Below, piece by piece: positions 47,831 to 57,244 of a stretch of 64,000 bases of DNA. Below the pieces are notes generated by a model. It saw only the letters and a list, made by a program, of their open reading frames with translations. It searched no databases and had not been told where the DNA came from. The first letter of the stretch is position 1. The number at the start of each line of letters is the position of its first letter. This stretch comes from a virus, in IMG/VR virus record IMGVR_UViG_3300043409_001877, positions 1 to 64,000 of that record, one strand, 5' to 3'. Position numbers and translations under genes: made by a program.

Positions 47831-49984
47831 TTAACTTGAACATCCGAAACACTCATACTGTGAATTATCGGGCTTTTTAGGTAATGGTTCAGATGAACCA
47901 CCACTTGATAGTTTTGAATTATTCTCTATTTTTGATTTTGTTCTGGTATAATATACACCAGATTTAAGACCAGATTTCCACGCAAACATTAAAGCGCTTG
48001 ATATCTTAGAATATTTAGCATCCGAGTGGTATACATTTAATGATTGTGATTGATCAACATAGTTATTCCTAATAGCTGATAATTCCAATAACGTTTTTTG
48101 TGAAATCTCCCAAACGTCTTTATAGCGATACTTAATATCTTCTGGAATTTCGTTAATTAACTGAATGCTACCACCATTAGAGACAATTTTATTCTTAATA
48201 TCATTATCCCATAGGCTAATTTCATCTAATTCTCTAACTAAATGCTTATTAATAACTAAAAACTCACCCTGACCAACTCTTCTGGTAAACAAATTAGAAG
48301 TTACTGGTTCAAACGACTCAAAAACACCTAATAAAATAGCGGAAGATGCTGTTGGCATTAACCCTAAAAATAATGAATTTAATACAGGAATTGGTTCCCC
48401 AGATGGTAATGGACTCCAACCCTCAATATATGTCTCACCTTGTGAATATGGACTACCGTCCCAAGCTGGGTACGTTCTGTTTTGTTCCTTAGCCATTTTC
48501 ATAGACTCAGTAACCGCAGCTTTGTACATTGTTTCGAAAATATCTTTATTCCATTTTTTAGCTTCTTCACTTTCGAATGAAATTTTCTTTTTAGCGAAGA
48601 AATCAGCTAAACCAGCTACACCAATAGCTAACGACCTTTGGTCTAACCCAGCTAAAGCACTCCACTCATCACTCCATTTATTCTTATCAATAACGGAATT
48701 TAACGCTCTAACCATTACTTTGGTGCTTTTGGCAATAGTTGCTAACTCATTATGCTCAGCCAAATTAATTGAACCTAAAGTGCATTGTGATGTGTAACCT
48801 GGTTTAGATACATTGGTAATTTCAATACAGAGATTACTCTGCTTAATAACCCCAATATTCCTTTGCATGTTTTTTCTATTAGCATTGTCTTTAAAGAACA
48901 CATATGGTCTACCACTTTCAACTTGTGATTTAATAATAGCATCCCAAATGGTTTTAGCGTTTGCTTTATACCCGATACCAAGTTCAACAGCTTTATTGTA
49001 CATTTCAACAAACTCATCACCCCAGGTTTCGTGTAATGGTTTTAAACCAGCTTTTTCGATATCATTTGGACAAAATAAATACCAATCTTCATTGTTAATT
49101 AATTTTTCCATGAATAAGTCATTGATAACCACAGAAGTAAATAAATCTCTGGCTCTCATTTGTTCGTCTCCGATTGGTAGTGTTAACTCAAGAAAATCAA
49201 TAATGTCTCTGTGCCAAACTGACAAATATAAAGCGCAGCTACCAGAACGACTACCTTGCTTATAGAATCTCATTTTACTTTGAACCATATCAGCAAGTCT
49301 AACAACACCACCAGCATTTGAATTAAATGAACTTACCATTGAATGTTTACTTCTAATTGGATCTATTAATAAACCTATCCCAGAACCCTCTTTTGAGGCG
49401 TATGACATCTTTGTAAGCGTCTCTTCAATACCTTGGATGGTATCGCTATGAAGTGTCGTTAAATTGCACGAAATCATCCCATTTCGCTTATCAATACCTG
49501 CATTAGTATATATAGGGGTTGCAAAGTTCATTCTTTTATGAGTTAACTCATCTAAGAACATTTTTTTTTCGCTTGGGGTTGTGGCTAAATGTGAAGCAAC
49601 TCTTTCATACATACATGATGGTAACTCAACTGGTGTATTACCTTCTTTAACTGAGTATTTTTTTAAAAATGTTGTCGCAGCAAAGAAATCGTAAGTCATA
49701 TCAACTTCTTGTAGTTCTTTACCAATTAATTTAGATTGTCTACTTAATAATAATCTACCACCTAATGTCGCATAATCTGGGTGATTAATTACTTTATCAG
49801 CTGATTTAAAAGCTATTAACTCATCTAATTCAGTTGTTGTCATATCATCATAAATTAATGGTATAACTTCTTTAAATAAACTATCCGAATCAACATTTAA
49901 ATCTTTTGAATGTTGTTTAATTCTACTTAATATTTTATTAGGCATAAAAGCCTGATACTCACCGTTTCTTTTCTTAATTCTCAT
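47831..49984 (-). CDS. nrdA: Ribonucleoside-diphosphate reductase alpha subunit, class Ia, with ATP cone
   Basis: IKKRNG cone, TP...NAG, ISC, QSNLCIEI, MPTASS, DQSQS, GLKSGVYY, C-terminal CFGC. Confidence 0.95.
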   Translation of the reverse strand: MRIKKRNGEYQAFMPNKILSRIKQHSKDLNVDSDSLFKEVIPLIYDDMTTTELDELIAFKSADKVINHPDYATLGGRLLLSRQSKLIGKELQEVDMTYDFFAATTFLKKYSVKEGNTPVELPSCMYERVASHLATTPSEKKMFLDELTHKRMNFATPIYTNAGIDKRNGMISCNLTTLHSDTIQGIEETLTKMSYASKEGSGIGLLIDPIRSKHSMVSSFNSNAGGVVRLADMVQSKMRFYKQGSRSGSCALYLSVWHRDIIDFLELTLPIGDEQMRARDLFTSVVINDLFMEKLINNEDWYLFCPNDIEKAGLKPLHETWGDEFVEMYNKAVELGIGYKANAKTIWDAIIKSQVESGRPYVFFKDNANRKNMQRNIGVIKQSNLCIEITNVSKPGYTSQCTLGSINLAEHNELATIAKSTKVMVRALNSVIDKNKWSDEWSALAGLDQRSLAIGVAGLADFFAKKKISFESEEAKKWNKDIFETMYKAAVTESMKMAKEQNRTYPAWDGSPYSQGETYIEGWSPLPSGEPIPVLNSLFLGLMPTASSAILLGVFESFEPVTSNLFTRRVGQGEFLVINKHLVRELDEISLWDNDIKNKIVSNGGSIQLINEIPEDIKYRYKDVWEISQKTLLELSAIRNNYVDQSQSLNVYHSDAKYSKISSALMFAWKSGLKSGVYYTRTKSKIENNSKLSSGGSSEPLPKKPDNSQYECFGCSS

Positions 49985-49997
49985 TATCTATAATATT

Positions 49998-50945
49998 TTA
50001 AAATTCATCATCAAACATACCATCAGTTGTTGTTGGGATGTCCACTCTAGTGTATTGTCCAATTCTTTGTTCAAAGAAATTGTTTTTGGCTGAAAGACCT
50101 ATTCTAGCCATGTAATCTAATGGATTGTTTACGTTAAACTCTGGTTCAATACCAAAATCTTTTAAAACAACATCTGTTACGTATCTAACATATTGAACCA
50201 TCATGTCGGTTGTTAGACCCATTAATCCATTTGGCATACTGTCTTTAACAAAAATTTCTTCAACTTGACAACAAGATAATATAATTTCTCTAACATCAAC
50301 AGATGATAATTGATTAATGGCGTATTTGTTATATAAATTTACAGCGAATTCATAATGTAATGTTTCATCTTTGATGATTAACTCATTCATTGAAGCTAAA
50401 CCTTCCATTTTGTTTCTTGACCTATACCAGAACACACCAGCAAATACGGAACTAAATGAAATACCTTCAACGCAAGCAAAAGCTATTAATCTGTGTACAA
50501 ATGATGGATGGTTAATCCATTTTTCAGCCCAAGAAGCTTTTGCTGAAATGGATAAACTAGTTTCCATGGAATTAAATAAATCCGTTTTTTCTTTATCGTC
50601 TTTAATGTAAGCTTCAATTAATAATGAATATCCATTTGCGTGAACTTGTTCAATAAAGGTTTGGTGACCATAAAAGTATTGAGCTTCAAGTAAATCAACT
50701 TCGCTCATAAAATTAGTTGCCAAATTATCAATCACTAAACCATCTGATATAGCAAAAAACCCTAAAATATTCTTTAAATATAATTTTTCAGAGTCTGTTA
50801 ATTCAGGGTATTTGTCTTTTGATAGATCTATTTCCTCAGCCACCCAAGTTTGTTTTTCTGCTTTTTTATAGAAATCCCATAAATCTGGGTGGGTAATCGG
50901 AAAAATTGAATACCTCTTTGTTAAATCGTTGCTCTTTAAGTTCAT
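49998..50945 (-). CDS. nrdB: Ribonucleoside-diphosphate reductase beta subunit
   Basis: FFAISDG, EQVHANGY (radical Tyr), VEGISF, DETLH, NFFE. Confidence 0.95.
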   Translation of the reverse strand: MNLKSNDLTKRYSIFPITHPDLWDFYKKAEKQTWVAEEIDLSKDKYPELTDSEKLYLKNILGFFAISDGLVIDNLATNFMSEVDLLEAQYFYGHQTFIEQVHANGYSLLIEAYIKDDKEKTDLFNSMETSLSISAKASWAEKWINHPSFVHRLIAFACVEGISFSSVFAGVFWYRSRNKMEGLASMNELIIKDETLHYEFAVNLYNKYAINQLSSVDVREIILSCCQVEEIFVKDSMPNGLMGLTTDMMVQYVRYVTDVVLKDFGIEPEFNVNNPLDYMARIGLSAKNNFFEQRIGQYTRVDIPTTTDGMFDDEF

Positions 50946-51015
50946 AATATGTTTTTATATAAATACCCTTCAAAGGTACTTTTAATTTGTTAAATAAAAA
51001 AATTTTGTTGTTTTT

Positions 51016-52422
51016 TTAAGGGGTTTCGTTAGCTCTAGCTTTTACTATTTCTCGGTATTGTTGTCTATTTTTTTCGATTCTTTTCTTTTCGCTATCGATT
51101 TCAAATCCATTTTCTGTAACTCTATCGTTAGTATCAATTTCAAGTAAACCATTATCGAATTTACAATTTTGGAAAATCATACCATCTGAACCTAATCTAT
51201 TTTTAAGAATAGATATTGTGGCAACTTTTTGTTCTTTTTGTTCCAACGTTTTACCAATACTCATAATAAAGTGAGCAATTTGAGCTTTTTTAAGTGAACC
51301 ACCCATGTTTTCAGTTCTAACAACCTCAACACTAGTAGAGGCTCTATTACCTTGAGTTGCTGTCCAACAAGCAACATCCATCTCTTCAGCCATTGTCTCA
51401 AGTAAACGCATTATTTTACCCTCATTAGACCATTCTTCAGCGCCCTGTGTTTCTTTCTCCAATGACAAACAATCAACATAATCAAGAACTAATAAATCAA
51501 TCTTATTCCCCTTGGAGTTTAATTTCTTAATAATGTTTTTGATTTTTGTAATAGTAACACCATCAGCTGGTAATTTCTGAAGAAAAATATGATTATCAGT
51601 CTTTTCTCTTGTTTCTTTAAACTTTTGTAATTTACCTTTAACAATTACACTAAACTCTGGATTTGCAATATCGGATAATTGCGTTTGAGTCATAATGGCA
51701 TAGTGTTTTCTTTGGATAGCTTTTTCTTTATCTTCAAAAAATACTTGTAAAACATTTCTACCATCCATATAAGCTTGGTTGGCTACTTTTGTTAAAAAAG
51801 TTGTTTTACCAACACCAAGTGGTGCAATAACTAAAGCTAACTCTTGTTTAGCTAAACCACCAGACATAATTTCATCAATACCATCAATACCTGTTTTTAT
51901 TGGGTCACGAAATTCATCGGATAAAACGTTGTCAAGATCATGATACAACGTAATTGAGTCTTCAACCTCTTTAAATATTAAAGCATCTTTTAATACTTTT
52001 TCAATAATATCATAATCATCAACCACACCACGTTGCAACTTCTTGTCAATCTCAGACATTGCTTGTTTTAAGTTCTGTAGTTTACAAAATTTAACAACAA
52101 ACGGTTGTACGTTTTTATTGGTTACTTTTATGTTCTCAATTTCCTGAACTGTGTCTAACACTTGTGCTTTAGCAGCATCTTGGTCAGCCATGTCCATATT
52201 GATTTGAGATCTTAAATTAGGAAAATTTAAGATTGCTTGATGTTTTTTATAATAATGTTTTAAACAATGTGTTATTTTCTGAAGAGCGTCAACATTAAAA
52301 TGTTTAACCTCTAAAGAATCTATAACCGTTTCCCCAAATTTTGGGTCGGTTATAATCTCATTAAATAATTCTAATTGATAATCTCTACCTAATTCGGCAA
52401 TGGATGTATGGTTTGTGCTCAT
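51016..52422 (-). CDS. Replicative DNA helicase (DnaB / T4 gp41-like)
   Basis: IKTGIDGID, APLGVGKTT, LVLDYVD, WTATQGNR, ILKNR. Confidence 0.9.
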   Translation of the reverse strand: MSTNHTSIAELGRDYQLELFNEIITDPKFGETVIDSLEVKHFNVDALQKITHCLKHYYKKHQAILNFPNLRSQINMDMADQDAAKAQVLDTVQEIENIKVTNKNVQPFVVKFCKLQNLKQAMSEIDKKLQRGVVDDYDIIEKVLKDALIFKEVEDSITLYHDLDNVLSDEFRDPIKTGIDGIDEIMSGGLAKQELALVIAPLGVGKTTFLTKVANQAYMDGRNVLQVFFEDKEKAIQRKHYAIMTQTQLSDIANPEFSVIVKGKLQKFKETREKTDNHIFLQKLPADGVTITKIKNIIKKLNSKGNKIDLLVLDYVDCLSLEKETQGAEEWSNEGKIMRLLETMAEEMDVACWTATQGNRASTSVEVVRTENMGGSLKKAQIAHFIMSIGKTLEQKEQKVATISILKNRLGSDGMIFQNCKFDNGLLEIDTNDRVTENGFEIDSEKKRIEKNRQQYREIVKARANETP

Positions 52423-52427
52423 GTTTA

Positions 52428-52901
52428 TTATACTGTAAGTTCATAATTTAAATACGTTGTTTCTAATCTATCTGTTCTTTCTGATAGACACTTTTGAATT
52501 CTAGTAATCATACTGTAGATATGTTCTCTAATATCTACCGTGTATCTAATCTTAACAGGATAAATAGTAGCATCCCATTCACGATAAGCTATAATCTTAC
52601 CATCCATTTTAACAACAATCTTCATGATATCTTTTGAAGCATTTTGTTCGAAGTTTTTATTTTCATAAAAAACACGAGCATTATCATTCATAAAATCCAA
52701 TGTTTTGTTTTTCATGTGGTGTTGGACGATTTCTTGATTCTCATCAATAACATATTTAAAATTCATTGAGTTAATTGATTTGTTGTTAAAACCAATTACG
52801 CTAAAAAATCTTTGTACGATTATATTATCGTTTAGATAAACTGTAAATTCAAACTTTTTTTGGTCTTTGTTGAATTCTTTTTTTTCTGGAGTTGTGTTCA
52901 T
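52428..52901 (-). CDS. Hypothetical protein in the replication operon
   Basis: 157-aa ORF between exonuclease and helicase. Confidence 0.7.
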   Translation of the reverse strand: MNTTPEKKEFNKDQKKFEFTVYLNDNIIVQRFFSVIGFNNKSINSMNFKYVIDENQEIVQHHMKNKTLDFMNDNARVFYENKNFEQNASKDIMKIVVKMDGKIIAYREWDATIYPVKIRYTVDIREHIYSMITRIQKCLSERTDRLETTYLNYELTV

Positions 52902-52904
52902 TTT

Positions 52905-53966
52905 TTATTTGTTTTTTGTTTGTTCGTATAATTTTTTTTCTTTCTGTATAATAGTAATAAAACTTGACCAGAAAACAAAGAAAGAGTCATCATATTTTGG
53001 AAGAAAATTTAATAATTCATCTTCTACCATCATTTTCATGATTACTTTTATCTCACCTCGACCATCAGGTGATAGTGCTTCGTTTACCATTTCATTAATG
53101 GCTAACTTTAAATCTTCGGTTACGTTAGGTTGTGATAAATTTATAATCTTCTCCATCACACCAAAATAATCAGTACCATATGTACCCCATTTGGTTCTAC
53201 CTTCTTTAATTGTTAATAGTGGTTTACTAGTTGGGTTATTAGCTAATAATTCATTAACTCTTTCAACAATCCATTCTTTTGTTTTACCACCTTTTTTTAA
53301 TTCGGGGAATAATTTTAAAACGGTGCCTTCACCTATACCTTCTAGTCCAGATATATTATCTGAAGTATCACCAGCAATCATTTTAATTAAACCAACATTT
53401 TCATAATGGTAATCAAAATAATTCATAAAATTTAATTTATTTATAACAACTTTTTTACCATAAAGATAAACCTTGGTACCATCATCTATTAATTGTAATA
53501 AATCACGATCGTTTGTATAAATAATTTTATTTTCTTTTGGTGAATTTTTTGTATAGTGCGCTATACCATCATCAGCCTCACAACCATCAATCTCAACTTG
53601 TCTAATAAACAACTCTTCAAGATATTGTTTAATTCGTATTCTTTGACGATCTAAATCATGTTTTTCATCTATAGAAACTTTTTGATTTCTATTTGATTTG
53701 TAGTAGGGATAATAAGCTTGTCGATAAGCTTTTGAATTCTCACCCTCCCAAAAAACAACAACCTTTGTGATACCAAAATCTTGGTAAAATCTTTTGATTG
53801 TGTTTACAAAGTGGTAGATGGTGCCAATACTACCGTTTTTAGTCTGTATTTGCTTGGCACCATGAAACCCTTGTTTTAATAAACCCTCACCATCTATTAG
53901 TAGGGTGTTAATCGTTTTCCTCTTGAGGTTTAGCATTGCTAGTAAAAGTTTTTCCTTGTTCTTCAA
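52905..53966 (-). CDS. 5'-3' exonuclease / RNase H (T4 rnh, PolI N-domain-like); real start probably ATG at 53936
   Basis: LLIDG, YKSNR, EADD, DRDLLQL, GDTSDNISG..GIGE. Confidence 0.9.
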   Translation of the reverse strand: MKNKEKLLLAMLNLKRKTINTLLIDGEGLLKQGFHGAKQIQTKNGSIGTIYHFVNTIKRFYQDFGITKVVVFWEGENSKAYRQAYYPYYKSNRNQKVSIDEKHDLDRQRIRIKQYLEELFIRQVEIDGCEADDGIAHYTKNSPKENKIIYTNDRDLLQLIDDGTKVYLYGKKVVINKLNFMNYFDYHYENVGLIKMIAGDTSDNISGLEGIGEGTVLKLFPELKKGGKTKEWIVERVNELLANNPTSKPLLTIKEGRTKWGTYGTDYFGVMEKIINLSQPNVTEDLKLAINEMVNEALSPDGRGEIKVIMKMMVEDELLNFLPKYDDSFFVFWSSFITIIQKEKKLYEQTKNK

Positions 53967-54924
53967 TTAATTCAAAATCGTTTGTACCAAGCATTTCAAC
54001 CCAATAACTAGCATGTTCTTTTTTATAAGCATCGATAGATTCTTTATTATCTAAAACAAATCCATGTGGAGTTGCGATAATTCGACCATCAGCATAACCC
54101 AAACCATTTACGTGGTTTTTCATTACGGTTACTTTTGTTCTTGTTGCAAATACAACTTTTCTACCATTCTTAGTAGCATCAATTTTTGATGTACCTGCAT
54201 TTTTTTGGTTACCAAATAAGAAAACCAAAGTTGAGTTTAACCAAAACGCATCACCACCTTTAGCTTTAATTCTTGGTTGTCCAAAAGGATTATCTGGTAA
54301 TTCAACCCATGGCTGATTAACAACCACCATTGTGTTAGTATATTTACTATCTTCTTTTCTAGTGCTATTAATACGTTGATTTAACCCCATACCAATCTTT
54401 TCAGCTAATACACCAGCGGTGTGTTGTTTACCACCTTTACCTTCATATGTCATTCTACATGGTACGGATCCAACGGAATCCCAGAAGAAACAAAGATCAT
54501 GAGGAATACTACCTTTAATTTGTTCATCTAAAAGCATGTTGATATAATCTGTGATTTGTTCAATATAAAAGAAATCATCACGATATAAGAAGTCACCATC
54601 CCACTCACCAGTCTCATTATTAAATTCACATTCCAATCCCATTAAAAATGCGTGAGAGAAATCCCATTTCTTTTCGGTAATGATAAAAACTGGAATCATA
54701 CCTTGTTGTTGTGCCGAGATAGCAGATTTAATCATGGCTGTGGTTTTACCAGTATCAGAGTGACCTAATAACATATTGATATGACCAACTGCTGGCCCTG
54801 GAATTCCAGCTGTTTCTAAAAATGCTTCTCCGCAATTTAAAAATTTATCAGCTTTATATTTTGTTGTTGTACTATATTTGTTTTTGATATCCTTAAAAGA
54901 ATAATCTTTTTTCTTTACTGCCAT
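53908..54924 (-). CDS. RecA/UvsX-like recombinase
   Basis: GHSDTGKTT, FFWDSVG, VVNQ, KGG.A, KNHVNG. Confidence 0.85.
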   Translation of the reverse strand: MAVKKKDYSFKDIKNKYSTTTKYKADKFLNCGEAFLETAGIPGPAVGHINMLLGHSDTGKTTAMIKSAISAQQQGMIPVFIITEKKWDFSHAFLMGLECEFNNETGEWDGDFLYRDDFFYIEQITDYINMLLDEQIKGSIPHDLCFFWDSVGSVPCRMTYEGKGGKQHTAGVLAEKIGMGLNQRINSTRKEDSKYTNTMVVVNQPWVELPDNPFGQPRIKAKGGDAFWLNSTLVFLFGNQKNAGTSKIDATKNGRKVVFATRTKVTVMKNHVNGLGYADGRIIATPHGFVLDNKESIDAYKKEHASYWVEMLGTNDFELIEEQGKTFTSNAKPQEEND

Positions 54925-54944
54925 ATTATTAATTTTTATTTATT

Positions 54945-54986
54945 AAAAAAAAGACACTATGGGTATATTACTACATCCATAGTGTC
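54945..54986 (-). terminator. Intrinsic terminator/attenuator between ssb and recA-like genes
   Basis: GACACTATGG (54953-54962) / CCATAGTGTC (54977-54986) stem, then U8 on the minus strand. Confidence 0.75.
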
Positions 54987-54999
54987 CTGTATTATTTTA

Positions 55000-55908
55000 T
55001 TAGAATGGTAAATCTTCAGTATCTAAACTGATTGGAGAGCCCATATCTTGTGGAACAGCCATCGGATTTGGTTCAGCGTATGTGGTGTCCTTTGTAGGTG
55101 CAACATAAGTGGTTGTACCACCCATGTCATCAGATTTAGCTACAAATTTTTTGCTTTCAGAATCCCAAGCTGGTTCAAATCCCTCAGCAACGATACGTAA
55201 AAACTCAATTGGTTTTTTCTTGTAAATGCTTTTCCAAGTCATTTCATCCGATAACCACGCTGTTGCATCATCTGGGTTTGTGCTTAATGGGCTAGTATCA
55301 TCCAACATAATTTGTGAAACTTTTGGAAAACCTTTAACAACATCACGAACTAAAGAGATTGTGATATCACGACCTTCAGCATCTGGTCTAAAAATAGCTC
55401 CAGCACCTGGTTTCTTGTTATCTAAATGTTTCATCAATGGAACTAATTTGTCCATGATACCTGAACCATCGTTCACTTTATTGAATCTCCAGAATTTAAC
55501 ACCCTCGTGTTCTTTTCCACGCTCAATACATCTGATGATATAAAAATCACGAGATCTGTAACTGTTAGCTAAGGTTTTGTCTTCTTTGTCACCATTGATA
55601 AGAATTTTGTACATGTCGTTAAGTGGTGACTCTTCGCCATCTTGGGCTGGATCGTAAAGTTTAGTCCAATTTTTACCTATCTTAAGGCTGTGGAACTTTC
55701 CGATCTCATACCATTTACCATTCGTGTCGATTGGTAAAATTCTGATAATTCTTTCTCCAGAGTTAACTTTGTCTGGTAGAATCAAAGTAAAGTACTTACT
55801 AAGATCCACTTCTTTTCTTTCCGAATTCGGTTTTGTGGTTTTTGCTTTTTCGTAATCAGCTAACGTGTTTTGAACAGCCTGATTCCAGTCGATGTTTTTG
55901 TAATCCAT
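55000..55908 (-). CDS. Single-stranded DNA-binding protein (gp32-like)
   Basis: IRILP, GVKFWRF, GRDI, acidic C-terminal DLPF tail; next to the recA-like gene. Confidence 0.8.
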   Translation of the reverse strand: MDYKNIDWNQAVQNTLADYEKAKTTKPNSERKEVDLSKYFTLILPDKVNSGERIIRILPIDTNGKWYEIGKFHSLKIGKNWTKLYDPAQDGEESPLNDMYKILINGDKEDKTLANSYRSRDFYIIRCIERGKEHEGVKFWRFNKVNDGSGIMDKLVPLMKHLDNKKPGAGAIFRPDAEGRDITISLVRDVVKGFPKVSQIMLDDTSPLSTNPDDATAWLSDEMTWKSIYKKKPIEFLRIVAEGFEPAWDSESKKFVAKSDDMGGTTTYVAPTKDTTYAEPNPMAVPQDMGSPISLDTEDLPF

Positions 55909-55934
55909 AATATATATTTTTTTAAATTATGATA

Positions 55935-55966
55935 CAATATTACGAAAGAAAAATCAAAAAGTCAAG
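55935..55966 (-). promoter_or_regulatory. Bacteroidota-type promoter of the replication operon
   Basis: CTTG (55966-55963), 20 nt, TAATATTG (55942-55935). Confidence 0.55.
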
Positions 55967-55980
55967 TGCCGAGTGAAAAA

Positions 55981-56262
55981 TTAATTAAATAATTGTCTTT
56001 TTGTTTTGGAACCCACTAATAAAACACCATATGTGCTTGCTGTAATATCAAGAGTGGCTATTGACGTTAGGTTATAAATAAAAGCACCAGGCATTCTTAC
56101 ATTGATACCATTAAGTAACATGTCGGTTGTATTTTCATATGCACCCAAAACAATCATTGAGTGGATATTATATGTGTGACCAGTATCACCAGAGTTTAAT
56201 GTTGAAGTATTAATACTTTCTCCTTGGTCTAATTTTACTACGTATTTTTCTGATTGTATCAT
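55981..56262 (-). CDS. Hypothetical protein
   Basis: 93-aa beta-rich ORF. Confidence 0.55.
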   Translation of the reverse strand: MIQSEKYVVKLDQGESINTSTLNSGDTGHTYNIHSMIVLGAYENTTDMLLNGINVRMPGAFIYNLTSIATLDITASTYGVLLVGSKTKRQLFN

Positions 56263-56265
56263 ATC

Positions 56266-56991
56266 TTAAGATTGTTTAAATGGATTTTGAGCTGGCGGTG
56301 CAAAGCTATCTTTAACAACACCATCATTATAATCGTTCATAATAGTATCAAGCATATTCATCTTTGGACTATTTTCTAAATCGGTTTGTGTTTTAACACC
56401 TTGATTATTATTGTATTGGTCAATGGTTACACTATACGGATAAGAATCTTTAGTTAAAGCTTTTCTTCTTTCTTCTTCTGTTGGTGGTCTCATTAATTCG
56501 ACTTGTTTAGCCATAGCTTCCATTTTACCAATTAACGCATCCATCTTACCTAAGTTATTTTCAATAGTATCAAGTTTACCCATTAACGAATCCATCTTAG
56601 TTAAGTTACTCTCAATAGAGCTAATCTTACCTTTAATTTCATTAGTATCATTAACTAAATCAGTAACATCAACTTCAGTTACTTCTTCGTCACCCATAGG
56701 TGCTTCTGTACCATCTGTAGCTGGATTTTCAGTTCCCATATCTGGATCAGTTAAACCATCTGTACCTTCAGTACCATCAGTTGCAACGTCAGTAACAGGA
56801 GTCTCAGTTCCATCAACAGCAGCATCAACTGGTGGTGCATCGTCAATTGTAGTGTCATCAGTACCTGGTTCATCAGCTTCGTTATAGAATCTATAAGATC
56901 CTTCATCAAGAGTTAATTTATCTTGGTATGCTGTAATTGTTTTAAAACGTTTAATTTCGTTTTCCAATAGGGTGTTTAACTTTTTGCTCAT
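56266..56991 (-). CDS. Acidic coiled-coil protein, putative head/scaffold-type
   Basis: LLENEIKRF start, D/E/T/P-rich middle, heptad repeat segment. Confidence 0.6.
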   Translation of the reverse strand: MSKKLNTLLENEIKRFKTITAYQDKLTLDEGSYRFYNEADEPGTDDTTIDDAPPVDAAVDGTETPVTDVATDGTEGTDGLTDPDMGTENPATDGTEAPMGDEEVTEVDVTDLVNDTNEIKGKISSIESNLTKMDSLMGKLDTIENNLGKMDALIGKMEAMAKQVELMRPPTEEERRKALTKDSYPYSVTIDQYNNNQGVKTQTDLENSPKMNMLDTIMNDYNDGVVKDSFAPPAQNPFKQS

Positions 56992-57206
56992 CTTAAAAAG
57001 GCTTTTTTTGTATGACTTATAGGGGTTTCTTCTCTTAAAAGCTCTCTACCATCTTCAAGTACTAATTTTTTTTCGATTATTTTTCTTTCAATTAAACCAT
57101 CCGCTGTTTTAATATAACAAACGCCAGATTTCAAATCGCACACCTCTTCACCAACATTGGCATCATTACCAAGAAAATTAGCTATATTATTGTTTATATT
57201 GTCCAT
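56988..57206 (-). CDS. Hypothetical protein
   Basis: 72 aa, TATTTAT 13 nt upstream. Confidence 0.6.
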   Translation of the reverse strand: MDNINNNIANFLGNDANVGEEVCDLKSGVCYIKTADGLIERKIIEKKLVLEDGRELLREETPISHTKKAFLR

Positions 57207-57244
57207 AATTAGTTTTACTATAAATATCTGGGTTTTTATTAAAG

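Noticed and set aside
47831-54924. Introns or inteins in nrdA, nrdB, helicase or recA-like genes
   Set aside because: Lengths are normal and motifs contiguous; no intein C..HN or homing endonuclease signatures seen.
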